From Thermoanaerobaculia bacterium (GTDB taxonomy: Bacteria > Acidobacteriota > Thermoanaerobaculia > UBA5066): a stretch of DNA of 64,000 nucleotides. The stretch covers positions 160,001-224,000 of the forward strand of contig CAWFJJ010000025.1 of NCBI GenBank assembly GCA_963816185.1, in the 5' to 3' direction. This document shows positions 19,789 to 29,911 of the stretch, piece after piece. The translations under genes and the position numbers were made by a program. The notes below the pieces were generated by a model. That model was not told the DNA's origin. It did no database searches and saw only the letters and a list, made by a program, of their open reading frames with translations. Position 1 is the stretch's first letter. Every line of letters begins with the position of its first letter.

Positions 19789-20702
19789 AGCACGTCGCCG
19801 CAATGCGGGCAGAAGACGAAGCCCTGGGTGTTCTCGTGCGCGCACGAAACGTCCTCCTTCGGGCGTTCGGCGCTCGCCGCCTCTTCGAAAGGATGCAGCC
19901 GGACGCGGACGCCGTGCGTGTCGACCGCGAGCAGCTCGAGGCGGCGTCTGACCTTCCCTTCCGGGCCTTTCGCCTCGACGACGAATCCCTCGGGGCGCCG
20001 GCAGCGCTCCTGGAACCACGCGGTCAAGGGGCCGAGGAGCGCGGCCGAGAGACGCCGCGTGACGGCGGGGTGATCGGCGTCGAACGTGCGCAGGAACGCG
20101 CCGTGCGTGTTCGCTCCGAGCTCGAGCTCGGTTGCCCCGAAGCGGAGGGCCTCGGCGAGGAGCGCGCGCCCCAGACGGCCGATCGAGTCGTCGGGTGCCG
20201 CGAGCGCCGCGGGAACGGTCGGAGGCTCCGTCCGAGCGGGTGACGCGGGCGAGGGCGCCGATCCGGCCGCCTGACCCTCGAAGCTCTCGATGAGGTCTTC
20301 GAGAACGGGGTCCGGCGTGACGTGGAGCTCCACCTCGAAGCCCGTCGCGTCGGCGAGATTCTTCAGGAGCACGAGATTACGAGGATCCGAGGTCGCGATT
20401 CGGAGGCGCTTGCCCGAAAGTGCGAACGGAAATGCGCGGAACCGACGCCGCTCCTTCGCGGGAAGGCACTCGACGATGTCCGGGTCGGACGCGACGAGCG
20501 TGGCGCGCGAGACGCCGGGCAGACCGTAGGCCTGCGATAAGGCGGCGATCAGGACCTCCTCGGTGACGGCGCCCGTGGAGAGAAGCGCCCTCTCGATCGT
20601 CCCGCCGTACGTCTTCTGCCACGTCGAAGCACGGCTCAGCCGGCGCACGGTCAGGTCGCCGGCTTCCGCCAGGACGTCTCCGACTCCGAGAGGGACGGCC
20701 AT
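19785..20702 (-). CDS. GspE/PilB N-terminal (MshEN-like) domain protein lacking ATPase, with C-terminal zinc ribbon
   Basis: VGDVLAEAG..L...Q, ALLSTGAVTEEVLIAALSQAYGLP, LRIATSDP; no Walker A; ends CAH..FCPHCG. Confidence 0.7.
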   Translation of the reverse strand: MAVPLGVGDVLAEAGDLTVRRLSRASTWQKTYGGTIERALLSTGAVTEEVLIAALSQAYGLPGVSRATLVASDPDIVECLPAKERRRFRAFPFALSGKRLRIATSDPRNLVLLKNLADATGFEVELHVTPDPVLEDLIESFEGQAAGSAPSPASPARTEPPTVPAALAAPDDSIGRLGRALLAEALRFGATELELGANTHGAFLRTFDADHPAVTRRLSAALLGPLTAWFQERCRRPEGFVVEAKGPEGKVRRRLELLAVDTHGVRVRLHPFEEAASAERPKEDVSCAHENTQGFVFCPHCGDVL

Positions 20703-20812
20703 CTTGTCGTGAGTGCCCTTGCAGGAACCGGGCCGGGGCGGGAGGAGGCCGGCGAGCGAGAAAACGACTTCCGGCGGCGGTTCTGCCGGCGGCAGGTGAC
20801 GAAAACTGTCGC

Positions 20813-22564
20813 TCAGGAAGCCGGAAAATACTCGCGCCAGCGCCGGTCGACGAGCGCGGCAGTGCCGGGATCGGCCTCCACGACTTTCGGCATCCAGGGT
20901 TTCGTTCGGGCGTCCAGGACGACCGGCGGCGCGAAGGCGATGTGGTTTCGGATCACCTCGTGCCGGCCGTGGAGGTCCGCGGCGGGCTCGAATCGCGTGA
21001 AGACGTGCCAGAGGAACGAGCGCTCGTCCTTCGCCGCCGCAGCCGCGTCGTCGGCGAGGACGACGAGCGGCCAGCCGGCGACCGCAGGGTCGTGGGCGAG
21101 GAGCTCTGCGAAGGAGCGGTCGGACGCGAAGGACGGCCCGTCCAGGACGAGCGCGCCGGGACAGAAAACGGCGGCCGTGCGCGCGCCCTCGGGAAGCGTG
21201 CCGCGGAACTCGTGCGGGAGGTCCCGGACCGCCTCCCCGAGGCCGAGGAGGACGCCCTTGCTGCCTTCGTTCACCTTCGGGCCCGTGTAGTCGAGCGTGT
21301 CCATCGCGAGGTTCGAGAACACGAAGAGGTCCGTCTCGAACCGGCAGCGCGCGAGGACGTGGCCGAGGAGGCCGCGGAAGTCGCGCAGGTCGCGCCTCGC
21401 GTCGGTGACGAGCAGGAACTTCGTGAGCGCGAGCTGCCCCTCGCCGAGGATGCGGAAGGCCGAGGTCATCGCCTCGCGGCCGTACCGGTCCTTCACGACC
21501 GCCGCCGCGAGCGAGTGGAAGCCCGTGTCGCCGTAGCTCCGGAGGTCGACGACGGACGGCATCACGAGCGGAAAGAGCGGGGACAGGAGATCCTGCAGCA
21601 TGTCGCCGATGTAGAAGTCCTCCTGGCGGGGCATCCCGACGACCGTCGCCGGGAAGATTGCGTTTCGCCGCCGGTAGATCCGCGCGACCTCGAAGACGGG
21701 ATAGTCGTGCGCGAGCGAGTAATAGCCGTAGTGGTCCCCGAACGGGCCCTCCGCCTTCCGGACTTTCGGCGGCACCGAGCCGGTGAGCGCGAACTCCGCG
21801 TCGGCGACGAGGCGGTGCGGGTGAGACGGGACGCTCGTCATCGGGAGCTTCTTCCCGAGAAGGAGAGAGGCGATGAGGAGCTCGGACAGCCCCTCGGGCA
21901 GCGGCGCGACCGCCGCGAGGATGAGGGCGGGAGGACCACCGAGGAAGACCGTGAGGGGCAGCGCGGACCCCCGCGCCTCGGCCTCGTGGTAGTGGAGCCC
22001 GCCGCCCTTCGCGATCTGCCAGTGGACGCCCGCCGTCCTCGGACCGTGGATCTGCATGCGGTAAACGCCGAGATTCGACTCGCGCCGGACGGGATGTTCC
22101 GTGTAGACGAGTGGCAGCGTCAGGAACGGTCCGGCATCCTCGGGCCATTGCGTGAGGGCGGGGAGGCGCGCGAGATCGGGCGCGTCTTCCACGACGTCCA
22201 GCACGGGTGCGACCGAAACGCGCCTGGTCCCGATGCGCAGCGCGGCGCCGAAGAACGACCGGAACGCCCAGAGTTTCTCTCCCGTCGGCGGGAGGAGCTC
22301 GACCGCGGCGCGCGCCGCTGTCTCGACGAACTCCCGCGGCTTCTTCCCGAACGCGAGATCGAGGCGCTTCTCGGTGCCGAAGAGATTCGTCACGACGGGA
22401 AAGTCGGCGCCCCTCGGGCGCTTGAAGAGGAGTGCCGGACCTCCCGCCTCGATCACCCGGCGGTGGATCTCCGGGATCTCGAGTCGCGGGTCGGCCTCGG
22501 CCTCGATCGTCGCGAGCTGATTCTCGCGGCGCAGGACGTCGAGGAAGGCGCGGAGGTCTCTCAG
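20813..22564 (-). CDS. UbiD family (de)carboxylase, long form
   Basis: DLRAFL, GGPALLF, TNLFGT, NLGVYRMQ, EGPFGDHYGYY, VVGMPRQED, LDYTGP; only a CTG start is seen, overlapping the pip stop. Confidence 0.9.
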   Translation of the reverse strand: MRDLRAFLDVLRRENQLATIEAEADPRLEIPEIHRRVIEAGGPALLFKRPRGADFPVVTNLFGTEKRLDLAFGKKPREFVETAARAAVELLPPTGEKLWAFRSFFGAALRIGTRRVSVAPVLDVVEDAPDLARLPALTQWPEDAGPFLTLPLVYTEHPVRRESNLGVYRMQIHGPRTAGVHWQIAKGGGLHYHEAEARGSALPLTVFLGGPPALILAAVAPLPEGLSELLIASLLLGKKLPMTSVPSHPHRLVADAEFALTGSVPPKVRKAEGPFGDHYGYYSLAHDYPVFEVARIYRRRNAIFPATVVGMPRQEDFYIGDMLQDLLSPLFPLVMPSVVDLRSYGDTGFHSLAAAVVKDRYGREAMTSAFRILGEGQLALTKFLLVTDARRDLRDFRGLLGHVLARCRFETDLFVFSNLAMDTLDYTGPKVNEGSKGVLLGLGEAVRDLPHEFRGTLPEGARTAAVFCPGALVLDGPSFASDRSFAELLAHDPAVAGWPLVVLADDAAAAAKDERSFLWHVFTRFEPAADLHGRHEVIRNHIAFAPPVVLDARTKPWMPKVVEADPGTAALVDRRWREYFPAS

Positions 22565-23526
22565 GCGAACTTGTCCGTCGCGGCGACGAGGGCGCGGGTG
22601 TTCGGCGGCTCCCAGGCGCTGTGACCAGCGTCGGGCGAGATCACGAAGTCAGCCTCGGGCCACGCGCGGTGCAGGGCCCAGGCGCTGAAGATGGGGCAGA
22701 CGACGTCGTAACGCCCCTGGACGATGACGCCCGGGATATGGCGGATCCTTCCGGCGTCGCGCAGCAGCTGGCCATCGACCTCGAAAAAGCCGCGGTTCAC
22801 GAAGTAATGGGCCTCGATCCGCGCGAAGGCGAGCGCGAACTCGTCCTCCTCGTAGTGCCCGGTGAACGAGGCGTCCGGGAGCAGCTTCGACGTCGCGCCC
22901 TCCCAGCCGCTCCAGACCTTCGCGGCCGCGAGCCGGACGGCGGGGTCTTCGCTCGTGAGCCGCTTGTGGTACGCCGCGACGAGGTCGCCGCGCTCGGCCT
23001 CGGGGATGTGGGCGAGGTAGGGCTCCCAGGCGTCGGGGAAGAGGATCGACGCCCCTTCCTGGTAGAACCAGTCGATCTCCTTCTTGCGGAGGAGAAAGAT
23101 CCCGCGCAGGACGAGCTCCGTCACGCGGTCGGGTTGCTTCTCCGCGTAGGCGAGGGCCAGTGTCGAGCCCCATGAGCCGCCGAAAACCTGCCAGCGCGCG
23201 ATCCCGAGGTGCTCACGGAGCTGCTCGATGTCGGCGACGAGGTCCCACGTCGTGTTCGCCTCGAGGCTCGCGTACGGAGTGCTCTTGCCGGAGCCCCGCT
23301 GGTCGAACATCACGACGCGGTACTTCTCGGGATGGAAGAAGCGGCGGACCTTCGGGTCCGATCCGCCGCCCGGGCCGCCATGGAGGAACACAACGGGCTT
23401 CCCGTTTGGGTTGCCGCTCTCCTCGAAGTGGAGCTCGTGGACGTCCGAGACCCGGAGCCGGTCGGTGCGGTACGGCTCGATCGGGGGGTAAAGCCAGGTG
23501 ACGGGGTCCTTGACCGGATGCGGCAT
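22561..23526 (-). CDS. pip: proline iminopeptidase
   Basis: LYPPIEPY, HGGPGGG, FGGSWGSTL, QGRYDVVCP, DAGHSA. Confidence 0.95.
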   Translation of the reverse strand: MPHPVKDPVTWLYPPIEPYRTDRLRVSDVHELHFEESGNPNGKPVVFLHGGPGGGSDPKVRRFFHPEKYRVVMFDQRGSGKSTPYASLEANTTWDLVADIEQLREHLGIARWQVFGGSWGSTLALAYAEKQPDRVTELVLRGIFLLRKKEIDWFYQEGASILFPDAWEPYLAHIPEAERGDLVAAYHKRLTSEDPAVRLAAAKVWSGWEGATSKLLPDASFTGHYEEDEFALAFARIEAHYFVNRGFFEVDGQLLRDAGRIRHIPGVIVQGRYDVVCPIFSAWALHRAWPEADFVISPDAGHSAWEPPNTRALVAATDKFA

Positions 23527-23571
23527 GCGAACCTCCGAATGCATCCTGCCAGAGTCCGGGGGGTCTGCGCG

Positions 23572-23967
23572 TCAGGGGCGGGGCGCCGGCCCCGCGAGAT
23601 CCGAAAGCGCCGTCCGCCGCAAGCGCTCGAGGAAGTCCTTCCGCACGGGCGCGAGAACGGCGCCCACGGGTCCCGCGACCGGCGGAAAGGCGCGCTCGAG
23701 ATCGTCGCGCTTCTCGAGCGCGAGGGCGACGTCGGCGAGCGTGATGTCCGAGGCCGGCCGGCCGAGGACGAACCCGCCGCTTCGCCCTCGCTTGCTCCTC
23801 AGGAGACCGCGGTCTGCGAGGCGCCCGAGCACCTTGGAGAGGAACGGCGCGGGGACGCCGGCGGCCTGCGCGATCGCGACCACGCCGCGCCCTTTACCCT
23901 GCGGCCCGCGTGGGTCGAGGAGCGGCAGCGCGGCGAAGGCGATCTCCTGGGCGCGCGTGAAGAACAC
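23572..23967 (-). CDS. Rrf2 family transcriptional regulator (Cys-less)
   Basis: IAQAAGVPAPFLSKVL..GLLRSKRGRSGGFVL..ITLADV. Confidence 0.88.
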   Translation of the reverse strand: MFFTRAQEIAFAALPLLDPRGPQGKGRGVVAIAQAAGVPAPFLSKVLGRLADRGLLRSKRGRSGGFVLGRPASDITLADVALALEKRDDLERAFPPVAGPVGAVLAPVRKDFLERLRRTALSDLAGPAPRP

Positions 23968-23973
23968 CGCGCG

Positions 23974-24363
23974 TCAGCCGCCGGCGAGGTAGCGGTACTG
24001 GGCGAACGTGAGCGGAACGACCGAGAGCCGCCCCATCTTCACGAGCGGCGACTGCGCGAAGAGCTTTTCGGACTTGATCGTCGCGAGCGTGACGGGAGAC
24101 GCGAGCGGCTTTCCGGCCGCGATCACGACGTGCGGGTCGGTCGGGCTCTTCGGGTCCGTGTCGGCGGAGACGACCGTGGCCAGGCCCACCGCGGCCTTCA
24201 CGTCGCCCGTGTGGTAGATCACGAGCCGGTCGCCCTTCTTCGTGGAGAGCATGTGGCGGACCGCGACGGGATTCTTCACGCCGGTCCAGACGGTCTGCTT
24301 CTCCTTCACGAGATCGTCGAACGAGTAGTCGGAGGGTTCGGTCTTGAGCAGGAAGTCAGCCAT
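23974..24363 (-). CDS. EVE domain protein
   Basis: LLKTEPSDYSFDDL, WTGVKN, YHTG, GRLSVVP. Confidence 0.9.
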   Translation of the reverse strand: MADFLLKTEPSDYSFDDLVKEKQTVWTGVKNPVAVRHMLSTKKGDRLVIYHTGDVKAAVGLATVVSADTDPKSPTDPHVVIAAGKPLASPVTLATIKSEKLFAQSPLVKMGRLSVVPLTFAQYRYLAGG

Positions 24364-24372
24364 CGTCCGACT

Positions 24373-25551
24373 CTAGCCTACCTGCCTCAGGGCGTCCGTG
24401 ATTCTCGTGAACGCCGCGCGTCCGGCCGGAAAGAGACCGCCGAAGAATCCCATCACGAGCGAGAAGACGATGCCCGTCATGAGGAGGGCCGGCGTGAGGC
24501 GGAAGGCGAACACGACCTCCGAGAACGTGGCGAAGTTCGTCGTGCCGGTGACGCCCGAGAGTGCGAGCTTCACGGCGAGGAGGCCGAGGACGCACCCGAG
24601 AGCTCCGCCCAGAAGCGCGAGGCACAGCGACTCGAAGACGAACGACAGCAGCACCGAGATGCGCGAGAACCCGAGCGCGCGCAGCGTCGCGATCTCGCGC
24701 GTGCGCGCGGCAACGGCGGCGTACATCGTGTTCATCGCGCCGAAGCAGGCGCCGATCGCCATGACGATGCCGACGAAGAAGCCCAGGAATTTGATCGGCG
24801 CGGCCGTGGACGTCTGGTCGTCGTAGTACGCACGCTCGACCTTGCCCTCGAGCGCGAGGCGCGGGTCGCCCGCGAGGCCGGCCTGGAACTGGTCGCGCGC
24901 CGCGCGGCCCGCTGTTCGCGCGAGAACGGACGAATACCCCCCGCGCTTGAAGTCCGTGATCATGCCCTCGACGTCGGTCCAGATCTCGCTGTCCGGAGCG
25001 GTGCCGCCGGCGTCGAAGAGGCCCGTGACCGTCCAGCGATAGGCGCCGAACTTGATCGTCTGGCCGGTCGCGCAGTCCTTGAAGCGGCTCGAGACGCTCT
25101 TCGAGACGATGACCTCGGACTTGCCCGGCGTGAACATGCGGCCCTCGACGAGGGTGAGCCCCGGCCGGAGCTTCATGCCTTTTTCGCCGATTCCGCGGAT
25201 CGTGACGTTCGACGATCCGCCGTCCCGCTTCTCGAGGTTCAGGACGATGACGAGCTCCGGGGAAGCCAGCGGCTTTCCGTCCGAGTCCGGCGTGATGCCG
25301 GGAAGGGTCTCGATGAGCGGCACCTGGTCGCGCGAGATGCCGGACTGAAGCTCGGACTGCGCGTTCTGCCTGAGCACGAGGACGTTGTTCTCGGAGCCGG
25401 AGGCCGTGAACACGCGTGTCAGGCCCTCGCCGAGCGCCATCACGCACAGGAAGACCGCCACGACGAGGCCGATGCCGAGCACGGTGAGAGAGGTCGTGAC
25501 CCTTCGCACGAAGAGGTTCCGGACGTTGTACTTCAGCGGGATGCCGAGCAT
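24373..25551 (-). CDS. ABC transporter permease (MacB/FtsX-like)
   Basis: YNVRNL, NTMYAAVAARTREIATLRALGF, GGLFPA. Confidence 0.92.
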   Translation of the reverse strand: MLGIPLKYNVRNLFVRRVTTSLTVLGIGLVVAVFLCVMALGEGLTRVFTASGSENNVLVLRQNAQSELQSGISRDQVPLIETLPGITPDSDGKPLASPELVIVLNLEKRDGGSSNVTIRGIGEKGMKLRPGLTLVEGRMFTPGKSEVIVSKSVSSRFKDCATGQTIKFGAYRWTVTGLFDAGGTAPDSEIWTDVEGMITDFKRGGYSSVLARTAGRAARDQFQAGLAGDPRLALEGKVERAYYDDQTSTAAPIKFLGFFVGIVMAIGACFGAMNTMYAAVAARTREIATLRALGFSRISVLLSFVFESLCLALLGGALGCVLGLLAVKLALSGVTGTTNFATFSEVVFAFRLTPALLMTGIVFSLVMGFFGGLFPAGRAAFTRITDALRQVG

Positions 25552-25564
25552 GTGGTGGCTCCTC

Positions 25565-26722
25565 CTAGGGGACGAGGCGGAGACCGTCCGCGATCGGGCG
25601 CTGGACGGATCGGATGGCGGGCACGAGGCCGGCGAGGATGCCGACGAGGACCGTGACGCCGAACGCGGCGGCGAGGACGCCGGGGTAGATCCTCAGGGCG
25701 GACGCGACGCCCGCGAGGGGCGAGTAGAGGACGAAAGCGCGAAGCGTCGGGAAGAGGCCGAGATAGAGAGCAAGCCCGGCGGTCGAGCCGAGGAGCGCGA
25801 GGAGGCCGCTCTCGCCGAGGAGGAGCCCGAACAGGATGCGCCTCGAAAACCCGATCGCCCTGAGGACGGCGAGCTCGACGACCCTCTCGCGCGTCGCCAG
25901 GGCCATGGTGTTCGCGGCGATGAGGAGGACGACGACCGCGATCACCGCAGTGAGACCGCGGAAGAAGAGCTTCACGTTCCCGAGAAGGGCGAGGTAGTTG
26001 TTTTGGAACTCCTTTTCGGTCTCCGCCCGCACGGGCCAGGGCGAGTTCTCGAAGAGCGCGTTGATGCGCGGGATCAGATCGCGCGCCGCGGCCGCGTCGA
26101 CGCCCTTGAGCCAGATCATCGTGTAGAGCCCCGCGCGGGCGGGGAGCGTCTCGTCGATGACCTTCTGGTCGAAGAAGACGGCGGCCTCGTCGTTGCCGCG
26201 GTAAACGGCTCGGATCGTGAACGTGTAGACGCCGGGCCAGATGTCGCCCGTGAGGGTGATCTTCTGTCCGAGCTTCCAGCCGTACTTCTTCATGAGGAGC
26301 TCGCCGACGAGGAGCCCGCTGCGGTCCGCTCTCCACGCCTCGGCCGAGCCGTCCACGACGCCGTCGGCGTCGAAGACGTCGAAAAAGACGACGGGGTCGA
26401 CCGCGAAACGCTCGAAGACGTGGAACGCGGAAGAGTCGACGTACCGGCCGCCAAACCAGTTGAAAGGCATCGCGGCCTTCACGCCTTCGAGGTGCCGGAT
26501 CTTCTCGAGGTGGGACGCCGGGAGAAAGTTCGTGAACGAGACCTTGTGACGCACGGCGATCCGGAACATTCCGCGCCCCCGCGAGGGGTCCGCGTCGAGC
26601 ATCGCGACGAACGTCCCGAGGAGGCAGATCACGAAGAAGGGGAGAAGGATCGAGCCGATCGTCAGCCCCGAGCGCGTCTTCTTGCGCAGGAGGTTCTTGA
26701 GGACGAGGGGCAGGAAGCGCAT
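25565..26722 (-). CDS. ABC transporter permease (MacB/FtsX-like)
   Basis: MRFLPLVLKNLLRKKTRS, ANTMALATRERVVELAVLRAIGF. Confidence 0.92.
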   Translation of the reverse strand: MRFLPLVLKNLLRKKTRSGLTIGSILLPFFVICLLGTFVAMLDADPSRGRGMFRIAVRHKVSFTNFLPASHLEKIRHLEGVKAAMPFNWFGGRYVDSSAFHVFERFAVDPVVFFDVFDADGVVDGSAEAWRADRSGLLVGELLMKKYGWKLGQKITLTGDIWPGVYTFTIRAVYRGNDEAAVFFDQKVIDETLPARAGLYTMIWLKGVDAAAARDLIPRINALFENSPWPVRAETEKEFQNNYLALLGNVKLFFRGLTAVIAVVVLLIAANTMALATRERVVELAVLRAIGFSRRILFGLLLGESGLLALLGSTAGLALYLGLFPTLRAFVLYSPLAGVASALRIYPGVLAAAFGVTVLVGILAGLVPAIRSVQRPIADGLRLVP

Positions 26723-27882
26723 CAGCCGACCTGTCTCAGACCCTCGGGAATGGAGCGCTGGGCGGACCGGATCGCCGGCACGAGCCCGGCGAGAAGGCCG
26801 ACGAGAACGGCGACGACGAAGCCCGTGGCGACGACCTCGGGAAAGAGGCGCATGCCCGCCGCGAAGCCGCTCATGGGCGAATAGAGCAACCCTTGCCGGA
26901 AGCCGGGGAAGGCGACGACGAAGAGCCCCACGCCGAGAAAGCCGCCGATGAGGGAGAGCAGGAGGCTTTCGCCGAGGATCAGCCCGAGGATCGTTCCCTT
27001 CGGGAATCCGAGCGTCCTCAGAACGGCGATCTCCGTCACCCGCTCGCGGGCCGTCATCGCCATCGTGTTCCCCGCGATGAGGAGGATGACGCAGACGATG
27101 ATCGTTCCGATGGACGTCACGAGGAGCTTGACGTTGCCGAGCATCGAGATGAATCCGTTCTGCATCTCCTTTTCGGTCTCGGTACGCGTCGGGCGATCGC
27201 TGTTCTCGAACATCGCGTCGATCTGCTTCGGCAGCCGCTCCACGGCCTCGAGGGACGCGGCCTTGATCCAGTACCATCCCACGAAGCCCTTCACGCGCGG
27301 GAGCGCCTCCTCGATCGCCTGGTGATGGAAGTAGACGCCGCTCTCGTCCGGGCCCTTGTAGCTCGCCCGGATCGTGAGGTCGAGATCGACCGGGTAGATG
27401 TCCCCCTTGAGCGTGATCTTCTGGCCGATCCGCCAGCCGTACTTCTTCATGAGGAGCTCGCCCGCCAAGAGGCCGCTCCGGTCTGAAATCCAGTCCTTCT
27501 CGCTGCCCTGGACGATGGACGCCTCGTCGAACACCCGGAGGAGCGCCTCGGGGTCCGACGTCGAGAAGCGCGAGAACACGTTCTCGGGGCGCCGGTCGAT
27601 GTATGAGCCGCCGAACCAGTTCATGCGGACGATTTCCGTCACGCCGGGAAGCTGCTGGATTTTCGGCATGTCGGCCTCGAGGACCCAGTTCGTGAGCGAG
27701 ACCTTGTGCCGCACGATGAGGCGGAACATCCCCTTGCCGCCCGTCGGATCGTGCTCGAGCGTGCGCAGGAGCGTTCCCAGGATGCAGATGACGAGGAGGG
27801 GCAGGAGGATGGACGCGATCGTGAGGAGCGACCGCGTCTTCTTGCGGAGGAGGTTCTTGAAGACGAACGGAAAGAACTTCAT
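26722..27882 (-). CDS. ABC transporter permease (MacB/FtsX-like)
   Basis: MKFFPFVFKNLLRKKTRS, GNTMAMTARERVTEIAVLRTLGF. Confidence 0.92.
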   Translation of the reverse strand: MKFFPFVFKNLLRKKTRSLLTIASILLPLLVICILGTLLRTLEHDPTGGKGMFRLIVRHKVSLTNWVLEADMPKIQQLPGVTEIVRMNWFGGSYIDRRPENVFSRFSTSDPEALLRVFDEASIVQGSEKDWISDRSGLLAGELLMKKYGWRIGQKITLKGDIYPVDLDLTIRASYKGPDESGVYFHHQAIEEALPRVKGFVGWYWIKAASLEAVERLPKQIDAMFENSDRPTRTETEKEMQNGFISMLGNVKLLVTSIGTIIVCVILLIAGNTMAMTARERVTEIAVLRTLGFPKGTILGLILGESLLLSLIGGFLGVGLFVVAFPGFRQGLLYSPMSGFAAGMRLFPEVVATGFVVAVLVGLLAGLVPAIRSAQRSIPEGLRQVG

Positions 27883-27897
27883 GGGCTCTCCGGGATC

Positions 27898-28644
27898 TCA
27901 GGTCGAGGAGGCCGAGATCGCCGCCGCCATGCCGACGGCCTTCCCGCGCTCGGCGTGGACGTCTTCCTTCAGCACGCCCTTGTCGAGGTGGACGAGGCGG
28001 TGCGCCCGGGACGCGGACTTCGGATCGTGGGTCACCATGACGATCGTCTTCCTGAACTCCGAGTTGAGGCGCTCCATGAGGACGAGGATCTCCTCGCCGC
28101 TCTTCGCGTCGAGGTCGCCGGTCGGCTCGTCGGCCACGAGCACCTTCGGGTCGGTTGCGATCGCGCGCGCGATGGCGACGCGCTGCTCCTGCCCGCCCGA
28201 GAGCTGCCGCGGGTAGTGGTCCGCCCGATCCGTGAGGTTCACGACGGAAAGCGCGAGCTCGACCTGCTTTCTCCGGCGGCCGCGGTTCATGTTCGTGAGA
28301 AGAAGGGGTAGCTCGACGTTCTCGAACGCCGTGAGCACGGGCACGAGATTGTAGAGCTGGAAGATGAAGCCGATGTTCGCGCTTCGCCATTTTGCGAGCG
28401 CGCCCTCGCTCATCGTCGAGACTTCCTTGTCGCCGACGACGATCCGGCCCGAGGTCGGGCGGTCGATGCCCGCGATGAGGTTCAGAAGCGTGGTCTTGCC
28501 CGAGCCCGAGGGGCCCATGAGCGCCAGGAAATCGCCCTCGTCGACCGTGAGCGACAGGTTGTCGAGCACGGTGAGCACCTGGGTGTCGCGGGTGTACTGC
28601 TTCACGAGCGAGTCGATGCGAATGAGGGGCGTATTTGCGCTCAA
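27898..28644 (-). CDS. ABC transporter ATP-binding protein (MacB/LolD-like)
   Basis: GPSGSGKT, LSGGQEQRVAIARA, DEPTGDLD, VTHD. Confidence 0.95.
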   Translation of the reverse strand: MSANTPLIRIDSLVKQYTRDTQVLTVLDNLSLTVDEGDFLALMGPSGSGKTTLLNLIAGIDRPTSGRIVVGDKEVSTMSEGALAKWRSANIGFIFQLYNLVPVLTAFENVELPLLLTNMNRGRRRKQVELALSVVNLTDRADHYPRQLSGGQEQRVAIARAIATDPKVLVADEPTGDLDAKSGEEILVLMERLNSEFRKTIVMVTHDPKSASRAHRLVHLDKGVLKEDVHAERGKAVGMAAAISASST

Positions 28645-28662
28645 TCGGCTCTCCTTCTCCCG

Positions 28663-29868
28663 TCAGTCCTTCTTGACGCGGATCTTCTGCTCGGCGCGCC
28701 AGGCGTGAGAAGCCGTCGCGGCGTCGGCGACGATCTCTTCTCCGCCCGAAAGGCCCGACGTCACCTCCACCTGCGTTCCCGCCGCGGGCCCGAGCGAAAG
28801 CGGCTTGAATGTGGCCTTGTCGTTCGTGACGAGGAGGACGCCCTTCTCGCCGCCCACCTCGACGACCGAGGCCGACGGCACCATCACCTTCGGCTTCGCC
28901 TTCTCGTCGATCTTCGTTTCGGGGTTCAGGAACACCACCCGGCAGGACATCTCGGGAAGGACTCTCTCGTCCTTGTGGAGGAGTTCGATCTTCACTTTGA
29001 CCGAGCCCTTCTGGCGGTCGGCCGTCGGGACGATCTGCCTGAGGCGCGCCTTGTAAGGCTTGTCCGGGTACGCGTCGAGCGCGACCTCGGCCGGCTGCCC
29101 CAGGACGAGCTTGGCGACGTTCTGCTCGTTGATGTCCGCCTCCATCTCGAGCGAGGAGAGGTCCACGATGATCGCGAACGTCGCGCCCGCGGAGCCTGCT
29201 CCGCCGAAGCCCTGCGGCGCGACGGTCTCTCCGAGGAATGCCTTTTTCACGGTCACGACGCCGTCGATCGGTGAGTAGATCTCGGCGTTCTTGATCTGCT
29301 CCTCGTAATAGCGGGCCTGGGCCTCGTCGGACGAAACCTGTGCCTCGAGCGCCTTCACCTGGGAATCCGCCGTGTCGAAGGCTTGCTGCGTTCCGATCTT
29401 CTCCTCGAGGAGCTGGCGGGCGCGCGCGCGGTCGAGGCGCGCATTCGCGAGCTGGGCGAGGGCCTGATCGCGTTGGGCCAGCGCGGAGTTCTTCTGCGCG
29501 ACGAGCTCCTGGGCTTCGAGGCGCGCGACGAGCTCGCCCTTTTTCACGCGCTGACCCTCTTCGAGGTTGATCCAGGCGATGCGGCCGACGGTCTTCGGCG
29601 AGATCTCGGCCTTCGAGCGAGCCACGATGTAGCCCGAGGCCGTGAGGATCGTCGAGGCCTGCGTCGGCGTCACGAGCGCCGCGCGCGTGGTTGTGACCTC
29701 GAGCGGTCGGAACGCGATGCCGCTGCGTGCGCGCGTGAGGAGAAAGGCCGCGACGAGGGCCACGCAGACCGTGGCCACGGCGGGGTAGAGAAAGCGGCGC
29801 GCGCCGGGGCGGTCGTGGCGATCGATCTGCAGAGCGGAAAGATCGGCGGATTTGTTCAGGGGCTCCAT
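28663..29868 (-). CDS. efflux periplasmic adaptor (MacA-like MFP)
   Basis: N-terminal TM, LTASGYIVA, VKKGELVARL, coiled coil, IYSPIDGVV, VPTADRQKG. Confidence 0.92.
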   Translation of the reverse strand: MEPLNKSADLSALQIDRHDRPGARRFLYPAVATVCVALVAAFLLTRARSGIAFRPLEVTTTRAALVTPTQASTILTASGYIVARSKAEISPKTVGRIAWINLEEGQRVKKGELVARLEAQELVAQKNSALAQRDQALAQLANARLDRARARQLLEEKIGTQQAFDTADSQVKALEAQVSSDEAQARYYEEQIKNAEIYSPIDGVVTVKKAFLGETVAPQGFGGAGSAGATFAIIVDLSSLEMEADINEQNVAKLVLGQPAEVALDAYPDKPYKARLRQIVPTADRQKGSVKVKIELLHKDERVLPEMSCRVVFLNPETKIDEKAKPKVMVPSASVVEVGGEKGVLLVTNDKATFKPLSLGPAAGTQVEVTSGLSGGEEIVADAATASHAWRAEQKIRVKKD

Positions 29869-29888
29869 CGGAGGCGACACTTTACCCA

Positions 29889-29907
29889 ATCTCCTTACGA
29901 AGGAGAT
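29889..29907. promoter_or_regulatory. perfect 8-3-8 inverted repeat, candidate operator
   Basis: ATCTCCTT-ACG-AAGGAGAT, about 20 nt upstream of the MFP start. Confidence 0.45.
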
Positions 29908-29911
29908 GAGG

